Assembly: GCA_951406725.2 (NCBI GenBank)
Contig: OX597814.1
Location: 135,532,001-135,596,000, forward strand
Direction: 5' to 3'
DNA: 64,000 nucleotides
Source: Octopus vulgaris
Lineage: Eukaryota
A program made the position numbers and the translations under genes. The notes under the pieces were generated by a model. That model was not told the origin of the DNA and ran no database searches. It worked only from the letters and a program-made list of their open reading frames with translations. Every line of letters starts with the position of its first letter. The stretch's first letter is position 1. Of the stretch, positions 51,801-64,000 are shown piece after piece.

Positions 51801-52351
51801 TTAACAGTCACAAATCTTCATAATTAAAGGGACATGAAAATAAGCCTCTGTAGTATTCATGACATTCTCAATGAAAAATTAATATTTGTATCAATCAGAA
51901 TACTTAACATCAGCATCTGATTTTGTGGACGAAAAACAACCTGGTTAGTCTGATATCATATGACTACTGCAAATGCCGGCTACCTATTCTACAGTCAGGT
52001 GAACCAAAACATGTAAATTTAAATTTCTTGTCTAAAGACATAGCAAATCTCTTGCAGTCTCATACAATTTCACAACTTGTGAGTTGTTGTTGTAATAAAA
52101 TAGCTACATGAACATTCTTAACAGTGTTAATGATCTAAATGCAGTGGAAACTACATTTGGGAATCAAAACAAATGACAATATCTTCTCACTGTACAATAT
52201 TCACTTTATCTAAAAAGTTAAAACAAATACCAACAATATTCCCTACACCTGAAAAGTAATTTCCTTTAAATGCATAGAAAAAGACAAAGAAAATATAATT
52301 TCATTTCTCACCTGCAAACCAGTAAGATGCATCAAATTCAGAAATTGGCAT
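36375..52351 (-). CDS. HNF4: Hepatocyte nuclear factor 4 (NR2A nuclear receptor), spliced; complement join 52351-52312,44912-44595,43013-42898,42082-41933,40970-40730,38978-38742,36787-36375
   Basis: 1515 nt, 504 aa, consistent phases. C4 zinc fingers [33 protein letters not shown] (HNF4 P-box DGCKG); hinge [10 protein letters not shown]; [64 protein letters not shown]; AF-2 [12 protein letters not shown]. Confidence 0.95.
38742..38978 (-). CDS. HNF4: HNF4 exon: LBD helix 9-12 (AF-2)
   Basis: tgttag|GT...G|gtaagc; [14 protein letters not shown]...[18 protein letters not shown]...NLLQEMLLG. Confidence 0.95.
39160..39900 (-). mobile_element. Mariner transposase relic in HNF4 intron
   Basis: [28 protein letters not shown] (WVPHEL), [41 protein letters not shown]; frameshifted and 3' truncated. 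Confidence 0.9.
40730..40970 (-). CDS. HNF4: HNF4 exon: LBD helix 5-8
   Basis: ctttag|GTA...G|gtaaaa; [32 protein letters not shown]...[13 protein letters not shown]. Confidence 0.95.
41933..42082 (-). CDS. HNF4: HNF4 exon: LBD helix 3-4
   Basis: ttacag|GTA...CAG|gtagat; [50 protein letters not shown]. Confidence 0.95.
42898..43013 (-). CDS. HNF4: HNF4 exon: hinge
   Basis: ttgaag|CG...GAA|gtgagt; [39 protein letters not shown]. Confidence 0.93.
44595..44912 (-). CDS. HNF4: HNF4 exon: A/B region and both zinc fingers
   Basis: tttcag|AT...G|gtaggt; DSPDMNSQ...CAICGD...[14 protein letters not shown]. Confidence 0.97.
45843..46061. mobile_element. Tc1/mariner-type MITE, intact copy of the 34984 family in opposite orientation
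   Basis: tacaagggggtgctgaaaagtt ... aacttttcagtatccccttgta; TA TSD; 219 bp. Confidence 0.88.
46265..47292 (+). mobile_element. Tc1-like (DD34E) transposon relic, 5' truncated
   Basis: [75 protein letters not shown]-stop; right TIR ...ccattattttgtccaacccctg|ta. Confidence 0.92.
47370..48602 (-). mobile_element. Mariner transposase relic
   Basis: [65 protein letters not shown]; many frameshifts. Confidence 0.88.
52312..52351 (-). CDS. HNF4: HNF4 putative first coding exon (exon spans 52448-52312 including 5' UTR)
   Basis: ATG at 52351 (A at -3, in-frame TAG upstream); [13 protein letters not shown]; strong CAG|gtgaga donor in phase 1, matching the phase-1 acceptor of the DBD exon; long pyrimidine tract + cag acceptor at 52449 implies a further non-coding exon upstream. 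No homology support. Confidence 0.55.
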
Positions 52352-53394
52352 GATGGAAACTGTTTGCTATGAACAAAGTAACTAAGGCTTGGCGACATAA
52401 CTACCTCAAATTTATACTTATGCTATCTGTTTAAATGGTTGCTATCAGCTGAGAGAGAAAAAGAAAGAGAGAGTGAGAGAGAAAACATAAGATAGTAGTT
52501 GATCAACTCAAAACCCGTACATCTACAAGTGTGTTCATGTTACAGGAGAACCAGTTGTGAGAAGGTACTTAAGATAAGATGGTTTGCTTTATCAGAAAAG
52601 CAGTGTGCTTGGGATTCTACAGAGAATATTCTGTTAAATTGACCAAATTAAATACATTAATCTTATTCTAAATCTTTTTTTTTTTAACTATTTAGCTTTT
52701 TTCTTAGGACTTAATACGAAGGACTGAAATCATTTATGAGACATTAATTAGGACAGACTGAATTTTTAGATTTACCTGTATTACATTCTTGGCAACCATT
52801 AATTCTCACTCAACCTTAACTCTTTTGATACCAACCCACCTGAAGCTATCCTGGGTCCTACGATACATAGTTCCTGGTTTAAAATTACTTTAAAACTTTC
52901 CATAAGACTTTCATGTTAATTTATGTTTCAAACACTAGTTTACTAATGACAAAGTTATTTTAATAAATTCTTTATTATTTTCCGAACTAATTGAAACAGA
53001 CTGTATTTCAAAAGAAATATGGCAAAAAAACAAAACAAAATAAAACAGCCAAATTATTGAGATGTTGGAGAAATGTCAACTCATTCAAGTAGAAAATATC
53101 ATTTAGTTCAACAAAATTCTCATTTAAAGAAGCTAAAATTTTGTCATACCTTACCAATGGAATATTTTTCTCAGAAATTCAGAAACAGAATCAGTTTTAG
53201 AAAAAGTACAATAGCAGAAGCAGAATAAAGAAAACTGAATATTTTTCTTTTTTTCAGTTTATACTCCTATTTTTAGTAGAATGGTTTCATTAAGAGGAAA
53301 ATTCAAGAATAAAAATATCTTATTATTTATGCAAATCTGAGAATTTATGGATTCCTTCTACCATATGCTGTCAAAATTTGAAAAATATAAAATA

Positions 53395-54187
53395 TTAGAC
53401 TACCTGTGACCCATTGGGTCAACAACAGTTCAAGGTACCCAAAAAAACCATGTCTCAGGAACCCCTGGTCTGATTTACAAATAACTTGCTTTATTCTGTT
53501 TGTACTCACATTTCAATGGTACCTTACTTTCAGAGTATTTTCCCATTGTGTGCCGGTTTGGCTATTTATAAAGATACCCCCCCAAAAAAACGCGTATCTC
53601 GGAAACCCATGGTCCAATTTAGACGAAACTGGTTTTATTAAGTTTCAATGGCATCTTACTTTCAAAGTATTTTCCCATTATGCGCCAGTTTGGCTGTATT
53701 AAATTACATTTAAGCATGCACACAAGAAAGAATGCAAGCAGAAAATCATAAAGGTACCCGAAAAAAAAAAACTGTATCTTGGGAACCGATGGTCTGATTT
53801 ATGCAAAACTTGTCTTATTCCATTTGTATTCTCATTTCAGGGGCACCTTACTTTCAGAGTATCTTCCCATTATGCACTGGTTTGGCTGTATTAAAAAACA
53901 GACAAACACACATGCAAGCAAGCATGCAAACAAAACTATCCCGGTATTCACAGTAAAGGGTAATAACTCCAGGTTTCACTGCTTAAATTTGTGGAAACAA
54001 ACCCCAAGAAACCGTGTATCCCAGGAATCCGTGGTCTGATTTATGTGAAACTTGTTCTATTATGTTTGTATTCACATTTCAGGGATACCTTACTTTCAGA
54101 GTATTTTCCCATTATGTGCCAGTTTGGCTTATTAAACTACAAGCAAGCAAGCAAGCACGCAATCACTGACTTTTAGTATTATATAGA
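53395..54187 (-). mobile_element. Non-autonomous Helitron with 4 internal sub-repeats
   Basis: Minus strand a|TCtatataatac ... gtagtCTAA|t: TC start, CTRR end, inserted in AT, no TSD; subterminal palindrome TGACCCA-T-TGGGTCA at 53407-53421; internal direct repeats starting near 53432, 53570, 53751, 53995. Confidence 0.85.
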
Positions 54188-54272
54188 TTAAAACAATAAG
54201 CATAACATTTTGAATATGTTTAATAAAATAAAATTATATACTCATAAAAATGAAAAGATCAGAAATTAAGAA

Positions 54273-54691
54273 TAGGCTCAGGAGTGGCTGTGTGGTATGT
54301 AGCTTGCTTACCAACAACATGGTTCCGGATTCAGTCCCACTGCGTGGCATCTTGCCCCGGGCCGACCAATGCCTTGTGAGTGGATTTGGTAGACGGAAAC
54401 TGAAAGAAGCCTGTCGTATATATGTATATATATATATATATGTGTGTATGTGTATATGTTTGTGTGTATGTGTATATGTTTGTGTGTCTGTGTTTGTACC
54501 CCTAGCATTGCTTGACAACCGATGCTGGTGTGTTTACGTCCCCGTCACTTAGCAGTTCGGCAAAAAGAGACCGATAGAATAAGTACTGGGCTTAGAAAGA
54601 ATAAGTCCCGGGGTCGATTTGCTCGACTAAAGGCGGTGCTCCAGCATGGCCGCAGTCAAATGACTGAAACAAGTAAAAGAGTAAAAGAGTA
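54273..54691 (+). mobile_element. tRNA-derived SINE (resembles octopus OK family), full length; other copies about 2730-3062(-), 23818-24187(+), 45170-45313(-, 3' part), 49016-49452(-), 61721-62130(-)
   Basis: tRNA-like head (A box gtggctgtgtgg, B box-like ggattcagtccc), internal (TA)/(TG) microsatellite, 3' tail aaacaagtaaaagagtaaaagagtaaa; multiple homologous copies. Family name from recall. Confidence 0.85.
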
Positions 54692-57600
54692 AAGCTACTT
54701 TCTGCAGGACACAACATTAATCAATATTTTACTGAGAAATGTTTCTAGCAAATGTACAAAGACTGAAAATTTTGGGGGGAGAGGATTATTAGAAACACTG
54801 ACTCAGTTCTTGACTGGTACTTTATTTTGCTGACTCTCAAAGAATGAAAGGTAAAGGTGACCCCAGCAAAATTTGAACTCAGAATTTAAAAAAAGTAGAA
54901 CAAATATCAAGGTATTTTCCTGAAGTTCTAATGATTCAGCCATGACTTCTTATATTAGAACAAGACCAGATATTTTTAAAATCTATCCCTAGTTTGGTAT
55001 TTCATTTTACAGATAGTGTAAAACAAAGTTGGCTCTGATAAGATTTGAACATAAAATAACTAAAATCACTAAGTATTTTGTCCACTGCCTCATTGATTCT
55101 GCCACAAACTCACCATAGGTGTCTATATAGTAATAATTGTTTTCTAATTTAGGTTCAAAGTAAACAGATTTGATGGAGTGGGTTACTTGATTACATTGAC
55201 CCAAGTACTTGACTAGTACTTAATTTTATTGAAGCTGAAACAATAAAAAGGTGGAATTGACTTATGCAGAACTTGAACTCGACACATAAGTGTTGTAACT
55301 AAATACCTCAAAGCATTTTGTCCAATGCCCTACCAATTCTGCCAATCCACTGCCTATGAATAAATAGTTGTTCCTAATTTAGGCACAAGGCTGGCAATTT
55401 TGCAGGGAGGAATCTAATTGGTTATATTAACTCCAGTACTTGACTGGTACTTTATTTTATTGACCCTGAAAGAATGAAAGGCAAAGTTGGCCTTGGCAGG
55501 ATTTGAACTTGCAATGTAAAGAGCTGTAACTAAATACTGTAGATGTGGTTGTGTTAAGAAGCTTGCTTCTAGTCACTTGGTTCCAGGTTCAGTCCCTCTA
55601 CAAGACATCTTGAGAAAGTGTCTTCTACTATAGCCATGGGTTGACCAAAGCCTTGTGAGCAGATTTGGTACACAGAAACTGAAGAAAGTCTGTTGTGTGT
55701 GTGTCCTTGTCTCAATGTAAATGAATGTCTCTGTTATACAAGCAGTGTCTTTTATTTCTAATCTTCCATGAAAACATGCCCAGTTGTGAGGAAATATTAC
55801 CTTATTTGGAAACCAATGAGGATTGGCAGGATAAGAAGGGCATCAGGCTACAGAAAAGCTGTTTCAATAAATTCTGTCTGATTCAAGAAAGGTTGGAAAA
55901 GTGGACATTAAAATGATGATGATAATTTTACTTGAAACTTATATATTTTGCCTATTCACTGACATTCATTTCTTTATAATGATTTCCTATAACATATACA
56001 ATTTGCAGAAGAAGAATATAATCAGCTGAATAAACTATAACATGCTAGTCATAGTGATATTGGAAGGTTGAAAAGCTAAATGAACACCAGCAAGGGTATC
56101 ATCCATGAAAATTAGCAATGGAGAATGAATTACTGAAAATGCAATTTTCTATTAAAAATGAATGGTGTAGTTGTGTGTGAGAGTTGTTCAATACACATAG
56201 TAATGAAATTAGCCTTCTTCATTCAATAAGTTTTGTGATATCTGATGTGATTGGTTTCAGATTTTGATACAAGGCCAGCAAGTTTGGGGGAGGGGGTAAG
56301 TTGATTATATCAACACCAGTCCTCAGTTGGTACTTATTTTATCAACCCCAAAAAGATGAAAGGCTAAGTTGACCTTGGCAGAATTTGAACTCGGAACTAG
56401 AGACAGAGGAAATTCCACTAAGTATTTTGCCTGGCATACTCATGATTTAGTCTACTCACTGCCTTAGTACATGATAATATTGTAATGTTTTTACCTACAT
56501 AACCAGAGGCCTGTATTTGGCTATCCTCGAATAAACTTTGAACTCAGAAATATGTAAATAAATACTGTCATTTCTGCTAAACTACCATCCTAAAATTATT
56601 ATCAATTCACAACACACAGCTCTAGATATTGCTAGCAAGAAAGAGAATTTCACTTTTTACTTGTTTCTGTTACTGTACTGGCCATGCTGGGGCACTACCT
56701 TGAAAGGTTTTAGTCAAACAAAGCACCCTCAAGATTTACTTTTATTTTTCTGTATTTATTCTATTGGTTTCTTTTGCTGAATGCTAAATTACAAGGATGT
56801 AAACAAACCAACACTGGTTGTCAGGCAGTGGAAAGGACAGACACAAACACACACAAATATATGACAAACTTGGTTTTCAGTTTTGATTGACCAAACCCAC
56901 TCAAAAAACTGGTTTGCCTGGGGTTATAGTAAAAGATAACCGTGATTCCTGTTCCTTCCCTCCCAGAATACCACCCCGTTGGAATTTCCTCCCTGCTCTT
57001 GTATTTAACGCAGGCATTGATTTTACAGATGATTAAGTCAAACATCAACTACATAAATATCACCAGTCTGCAAAGATCATGGGACTAGTCGCCTGTTACC
57101 TGACTTTAATCATTAAAAAAAAAAAATGACAAAAAGTATATTCAAATATCGTAGAAACTTTCAAAATTGGAAATCTTAACTCCATTTTTGCATGCAGACA
57201 CACCCATCCATTTGCAAACTTCAAACATAACTAAAGCTTGTCTTTTATTATAATGGAAGGACCAAAGAGAGGTTTTTGGCAGAATACCTAGCCACATTTA
57301 ATTACAATCCTTTATATTTTAAGTTCAAATCCCTTTGATGTCAACTTTCACTTTCATTCTTCCAAGATTGGTAAAATAAGTACAATTACTGGAGTTCATA
57401 TCCTTGACAATTAGCACCGCCTTCAAAATTTGATTCCTATGTTAGAAACCATAATCAGGAATGCATCAAATTGTTTCACCAAGTTCAGCAGTTTAATGAA
57501 TGAACTACTTTCACTCGTGACATAAGAACCACATGTTCCTTGACAAAATGATTAGCCCATTTGACTCAAATGAAAACTGACTTTTTTTTAACCCTGAGCA

Positions 57601-59994
57601 GTCTTGATCAAGCCGTGATCATCCTATCTCTTGTTTAGCCTACCTAATATATTTAGGACTAGATTATACAATCTATTCTTCTTTCTTTTTTTAAGAGAGT
57701 TGGGTGGGAATATATGAAACTTTAATACTGAGTAGTATGAAGGAATCATACTGTGGCTGAGCTACCAAAGTAGGATTCCCTCATTGGTTTGTATATCAGA
57801 TACTGACAGATACAAAAATTAGATACTAAATTGAAAACAACGAAATAAGATAATCAACTTCTATGGATCTTTGTTCTCAGTCCTATTCCTGCCTTAGCTA
57901 ATTAATGGATTAACTCTCATTCCTCTAGAGTTGGATAAAATAAAAACTGTTGACTCATATTCCCCATCATTATCTTCCATTTCCATTAGAAGTTGTCTGC
58001 AACATAAGAAAAATTGTTTTAGTCTATTTTTACTAGTGTTCACAGCTTGATGAATGTCAATTGTTACTCAGCCATCACAAGGTCTCTTTCTTGTTGTAGT
58101 GTAGTGGTTTGTGAGTTTCAGTGACCCTGAAAGCTATACCATCAGAGCTCAGGCTATTGATAAGGCCTCCTATGCTGAAAAATGCAAAGATCCAACCCAG
58201 AGCCGAGGAAAGGGGAGAAAAGTTGTTGATGGTCTATGTTCCATAGGAAGTAAAGTGTTTAAGTCAATGTTAACTGGGAAATAAAGTATGCTATTGGTCA
58301 AAATGTTGCAGGAAAATTATAACTACATAAATTATTTCTAACAATAATTCAATAAACCACTGTGATAGGAAATAACAATGCCATTCTTGCTGCAGCAATC
58401 TAGTCAATATATTTTTAATGTATAAGAATATTACAATGTATTTGAAATGTATAGCAATATCAATATATATTCTTTTATTTGGTGCAGTCATTAGACTGAA
58501 GACATGCTAGGGCACCATCTTGATGGGTTTTTAGTTGATATAATCAGCTCAAGTACTTATTTTAAAATCTGTTACTACTATAAGCAATTTCTATTTATTG
58601 TACAACTAAGTAACAGGACATAAGCAGAGAAAGGATATACACTGCTTTCTTTTTCTCAAGCGGTTTCAAAGATACACAAACACATACACACATTGTAGGC
58701 TTCCACACAGGTTTCCATCTACTAATTTTGCATTTCACTCAGAAGGCATTAGTTTTCTCATGGTAACAATAGAGGACAGTTGCTCATGGTTGTAAAGTGA
58801 ACAGCTTTACCCTTAAGCATTTAATGTGGCTGTATACAGCCCAAATATTGTATCTGTTTTATGTTAAGACTGATCAGATCCAATGTCATTCTAAAAATAT
58901 ACCCTACAATGTCATTCTAAAAATATAGAAGCACACCATTGAAATCTTGAAGCTACCAGATAATGAGTGATTAATTCAAAACAATGTGAATAAAAAAGCA
59001 GTAAATTTGACAAAGAAATCTTAATGCTAAAGGGTTAACCATACCTATTCCTGTACAAACAATAAATAAAGTATTAGAATTACCTTCCTCCCACACTTTT
59101 CTAATTTTTAATTTATTTAGAAGAATTTTCTGTATTTTCCACAGATTTCTGTGTTTTAAACGTTAGAGATTACTATCATCATCATTTAATGTTCACTTTT
59201 CCATGTTCGCATGGATCAGACGAAATTTGTTGAAGCAGATTGTATTGTCTACAGCCAGACACCATTCCTCACCAACCTTTCCCTGTTTCCAAGTAAGGTA
59301 ATATTTCCCAGACATGTGTCATCTTTCAGAAGATTGGAAATGATACTGCTTGCATGACAATGACACATCTATCACGTTATGTCAGGGCAAAGAGACAGTA
59401 ACACACACACACACACACATATATATATAAAGACAAGTTATAGATAATGGTCATTACATATTTGTAATGATCAATTATTTTTCACTTGTCTTATATATCC
59501 AGTTTGTCTGCAGTGTATCCCTGGATTTACAATAAAGAATTATGATATACCATAACCTTGGATCCTGCCATAAGAATTGGAGTTCTTCACTAATCTAAAC
59601 AATATTGTTAGCCTGGTGTGTCAGAATAGAGCTTATGAACTAGTTTGCCCAGATTGATAATCCCTCACTATCAGCTCTCTCTCTCTTGCTCTCTCACTGC
59701 TTGTCATCATCATCATTTAACGTCAGTTGTCCATGCTGGCATGGGTTGGGCAGTTTGACCAGGGCTGGCAAGCTGGAAGGCTGCACCAGACTCCAGTCTG
59801 ATTTGGCATGGTTTCTACAGCCTGATGCTTCTCCTAATGCCAACCACTCTGAGAGTGTAATGGGTGCTTTTACGTGCCACCAGCATGAGTGCCATTTGTG
59901 TGACATTGGTATCTGCCATGACTGTGATTTTGCTTGGCTTGATGGGTCTTATTCTCAAGCACGACATGATGCCAAATGTCTTGATCATTGCCTC

Positions 59995-61320
59995 CTTACT
60001 AGAAATATAGCATCAGTGGTGCTTCTCCCTGGCACAAAACCAAACTGCATCTCATCTAGACTAACTCTCTCCCTAATTAGTTGGGCTATGACTATCTCCA
60101 TAACTTTTATCACCAGCTCCAATAATTTCATACCTCTAATTATTTCTATCTAAAGTATCGCCTTTACTTTCGTAGCAGTTGACTACGCCAGTCATTGGAT
60201 ATGACTCCTTCGTGAACCACCTGATTTAATATGGGTGACTAGACCATAACCCACACCACCAGATATTTTAAGCATCTGAGAGGTGATTCCTGATGGGCTG
60301 GGGGCATTCCCTATCTTCATACCCTTAATTGCTTTATCTACCAAGGTACTGTTGATTTGGGTGGCTGGTCTCTCAATTGGGTCAACATTTGGCAAACTCC
60401 TCCTTCCCATTCATTCTCCATGTTCAACAGTCTTTCATAATGGCATTTCCAAGCCTCTTTCTTTGCAGAATCATTAAATGCAGCACACCATCATCTATGC
60501 GGACACATTTCTTTCCTATGACATCACAGTTTTCTCTTACACACAGTCTTACAATCCAAAACACTTCAGTTCTTTGGACCTCACATCACTGAACATAGGC
60601 AAACTTCTTTTCTGCTTCTCTCTCTTGGCTATATATACCTGTCTACTAGCTTCCCTTCTGGCTATTTGATACAGTTCCCTGCTATACCCACTCTTCTAGG
60701 CCTTCCAGGCCTGTTTCATTGCTCTAATGGCACTGTCTACAGCATTGTTCTACCACCATGTTACCCTAGGTCTGGATGGGACTTTGCACCAGCTGCAGAC
60801 TTGGTCTGTGGTACTCAGCAAGCTGTCCCACAGGATTTCCCAGTTGCCTTCTATGTCACAAGTCTGTAGCTCCTCCTCCTTCTTATCAAATTTCTCAATT
60901 AGGATGTCCCTAAATTTCTTGTTTCTTTATTGCCCACAAGGGGCTAAACTTAGAGGGGACAAACAAGGACAGACAAAGGGATTAAGTCGATTACATCGAC
61001 CCCAGTGCGTAACTGGTACTTAATTTATTGATCCTGAAAGGATGAAAGGCAAAGTCGACCTCGGAGGAATTTGAACTCAGAACGTAAAGATAGATGAAAT
61101 ACCACTAGGCATTTTGCCCGGCGTGCTAATGTTTCTGCCAGCTCACCGCCTTCTAAATTTCTGACCATATAAAGGGTCCTTAAGTTCCAGATCCTTCTTT
61201 TCCAGATTGGTCTGCTTCTTGGAACCCTTCTGGCCTGGAGTCTAAAGTCACAAATGACTAGTCTATGCTAGGGGATACATTCTTCACCAGGGAGGGACAT
61301 TGCATTTAAGAGCAGCCATG
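59995..61320 (-). mobile_element. RTE-type LINE fragment
   Basis: Minus strand encodes MQFGFVPGRSTTDAIFLVR and AIKGMKIGNAPSPSGITSQML (LINE RT N-terminal motifs); interrupted by a SINE at 60917-61151. Confidence 0.85.
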
Positions 61321-62479
61321 CATCCCACTGGGACTGAACCTGAAACCATGTGGTTGGGAAGTGAAATTCTTAACACATAGACATGTCTGCACTTAGATCA
61401 TATAAAAACAAAAATTCATACAGTGAATGTAATGAATTGAAAAACTTGAATTAACTGTGATTGTCTATGAAATTAGTAAGTAAACTCTCCCTCTAGCGAT
61501 GTTTAAAACCTGAAAGTGCTCATAAGATCAATTAAGTGAAAATTTTGGACAGGGTAAATAAAATGTAGATTGGGTTGGATCTGGTCTTTAAAGGAAAGTG
61601 GTGAAAGCAATAGGCTACTTCATATCAATACGTAAACAATTAAAAATTAACTGCATTAACCACACCCATTCATTTCATTCCCACCCTTATTAATGCGACT
61701 CCCAGCTGGTGTATTCTATTCTACTTGTTTCTGTCATTTGACTGTAGCTATGCTGGAGTATTGCCTTGAAAGGTCTTAGTGAAACAAATCGACCCCAGGA
61801 CTTATTTTTTTAAAGCCTGGTACTTATTCTGTTGGTCTCTTTTGCCAAACCGCTAAGTTACAGGGGATGTAAACACACCAACATCAGTTGTCAAGCAATG
61901 ATGGGGGACAAGCATAGACACGAAGATACACACACAGATATCTATATATATATACACACACACAACAGGCTTCTTTCAGTTTCTGTCTACCAGATCCACT
62001 CACAAGGCTTTGATCATATATGTAGATGTTGAGCAGTAGTAGATGACACTTGCCGAAGGTGCCAAACAGTGGGACTGAACCTGGAACCATATGGTTGGGA
62101 AGCAAGCTTCTTACCATACAGCCACACCTGTAAAACATGACAGAGCAAGCAACAAAATGCGAATTCTGTTGACAAACCTATTGTATTAACTCTTCGGAGT
62201 TTAATAATAAGGACAGGATGACATATCAAATATGTGGGAAGGGGAGGTGAGAGAGAGATTGAGTGAGTGTGTGTGCATGTGTATGCTTGTGTGTGTGTAT
62301 CACAAACACACAGTTATCTGAGGATGATAACATTCACACAGCAATGTGATGCCTGAGGCATATTTTAATCTTACAACACTGACACATCAGCCAATAATAT
62401 TGCTGAACAAAAATGACATAAAAATGCCCAACAGTACCTGGAAACAGACTTGAATAGTCAATACCATTTAAGGAAAACA

Positions 62480-63210
62480 GTAACAGCCAATTCTGTCTGA
62501 CAACTCTCAGCACCAGCCAATTCTGTCCGGCAATTAGCCAATTCTGCCCAACAACACTAGCCAACTCTGACCCACAACAAACAATGCCAGCCAATTCTGT
62601 CCCACAACAAACAATGCCAGCCAATTCTGAATCATAATATGCAATACCAGCCAATTCTGTCCAGCAGCACACAGCACTAGCCAATTTTGCCCCACAACAA
62701 ACAATTCTAGCCAATTCTGAATTATAACACCAAATAGTTCTGCTCCACAACACTAGTCAATTCTGTTCTACAATGCCCAACAACACACAACACCAGCCAA
62801 TACTGCCCCACAACATGAACCATTTCTGATGTACAACAAACAATACCAGGCAATTTTGAATCACAACACACTTTGCCAACCAATTCTGTCCCACAACGTA
62901 CACTAGCAACCAATTCTGTTCCACAGCAACAACTAATTCTGTCCCAAAACATGCAATACCAGCCAATTTTGTCCAACAGCACACATCACTAATCAATTTA
63001 GTCCCACAAAACCAGTGAATTCTATCAAACAACACAACAGCCAGTTCTACCCCACCACAACAGCCAATTCTGCCCCAAAACACAACAGCAGCCAATTCTG
63101 CCCCACAACACACAAGGGCAGCCAATTTTTCTCCACAATAGTATCCAAATTCTGCTGACAAACCAGTAGCTAATTCTGTCACAAAACCCAATAGCTGCTA
63201 ATTCTAACAT
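62480..63210. repeat. ~30-bp degenerate minisatellite (consensus cagccaattctgtcccacaacaaacaatgc), more than 20 units
   Basis: Recurrent agccaattctg every 25-30 nt; produces repetitive ELAGIVCCG ORFs on the minus strand. Confidence 0.9.
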
Positions 63211-63392
63211 CTAAGCCTATCAAATAACAGTATCAATACAAGTTGCCTGAACCTATGTGAAAATATCTATGAAGTGTGTTGTCCAGCTAGAAACAGCAAG
63301 CAAATCACATTTAAAAAGAAAGAAAGATACTGTAGATAATGAAGTCCTAGATATATACAAGAACAAGTTGGTTATTGCTGGGACCCTTTCAC

Positions 63393-63472
63393 AATTCATA
63401 GGCCTGCTAAATCAGCAGTGATTTACAGTAAAAATTCATAGGCCTGCTAAATCAGCAGTGATTTACAGTAAA
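63393..63472. repeat. Perfect 40-bp tandem duplication
   Basis: aattcataggcctgctaaatcagcagtgatttacagtaaa x2. Confidence 0.95.
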
Positions 63473-63801
63473 AATAACCCATCAAAACAAACTAAAATAC
63501 AAATTAGTTTAAAAAAATAATTAAATATTATTAAAAAACCCATTAAGAGAAAGCAATTTAAAATAATAGTAAGTCTTGCACACATTTAAATGAAATGGTT
63601 TACAATAAAAGATTTATATTGTTAATGAGATTTGTTGGTTATCAAAGAGATAATAGAAGTAGTTTTATCAGAGATAGCTATTAAGTGAAAGAGAATCACT
63701 TTGTTTTATAAATAAAATAAAATCATTTGATCAAGTGTGTACAGGTAATTACCTGATCGTTTTAGCACAGTTAAACAATTATCAATAATATAACACATAT
63801 A

Positions 63802-63806
<5 letters not shown>

Positions 63807-63863
<57 letters not shown>
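63807..63863. repeat. (TG)n microsatellite, representative of many (CA)n/(TA)n/(CAT)n tracts
   Basis: Uninterrupted TG run. Confidence 0.95.
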
Positions 63864-63867
<4 letters not shown>

Positions 63868-64000
63868 TATGTTTTATGTCAAGTGGTTGGTGATGAAGGT
63901 GGTGGTTCTTGTTGACTCAGTCTAGCTGAAGATTAAGCTTTAACATACGTGTATATGTGTGTGTATACACATGTGAGTGCGTATATTTTATGTCAAGTGT

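Noticed and set aside
56940-57105. GC-richer insert interrupting a SINE upstream of HNF4, considered as an rRNA/organelle fragment or exon
   Set aside because: Could not match it to any known RNA or protein by eye; needs BLAST

Overview
AT-rich, repeat-dense eukaryotic DNA. The SINE/RTE-LINE/mariner content and (CA)n/(TA)n/(CAT)n microsatellites suggest an Octopus (coleoid cephalopod) genome; this is inference from recalled repeat families. Two spliced genes lie tail-to-tail. On + is a DCAF11/WDR23-type WD40 CRL4 substrate receptor: 14 coding exons traced by hand at 9900-28900, 433 aa, N-terminal exon(s) not found. On - is the nuclear receptor HNF4 (NR2A): 7 coding exons at 52351-36375, about 504 aa, first exon tentative. 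The rest is mostly transposon debris: a GC-rich Penelope-like RT/GIY-YIG element, RTE LINE fragments, three mariner relics, a Tc1 relic, a non-autonomous Helitron, piggyBac-like, Tc1/mariner and hAT MITEs, several SINE families and a 30-bp minisatellite. Most notable observations: (1) a decayed but splice-site-retaining, phase-matched copy of the DCAF11 exon11-intron-exon12 module inside intron 10; (2) a duplicated intronic 160-bp unit with a minimal hammerhead-ribozyme-like core; (3) an overlapping uORF in HNF4 whose stop overlaps the second in-frame Met; (4) a MITE carrying a templated copy of nearby HNF4 3' sequence; (5) a long hairpin at the broken end of the Penelope element. Exon numbers are in-window. 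Repeat boundaries are approximate.
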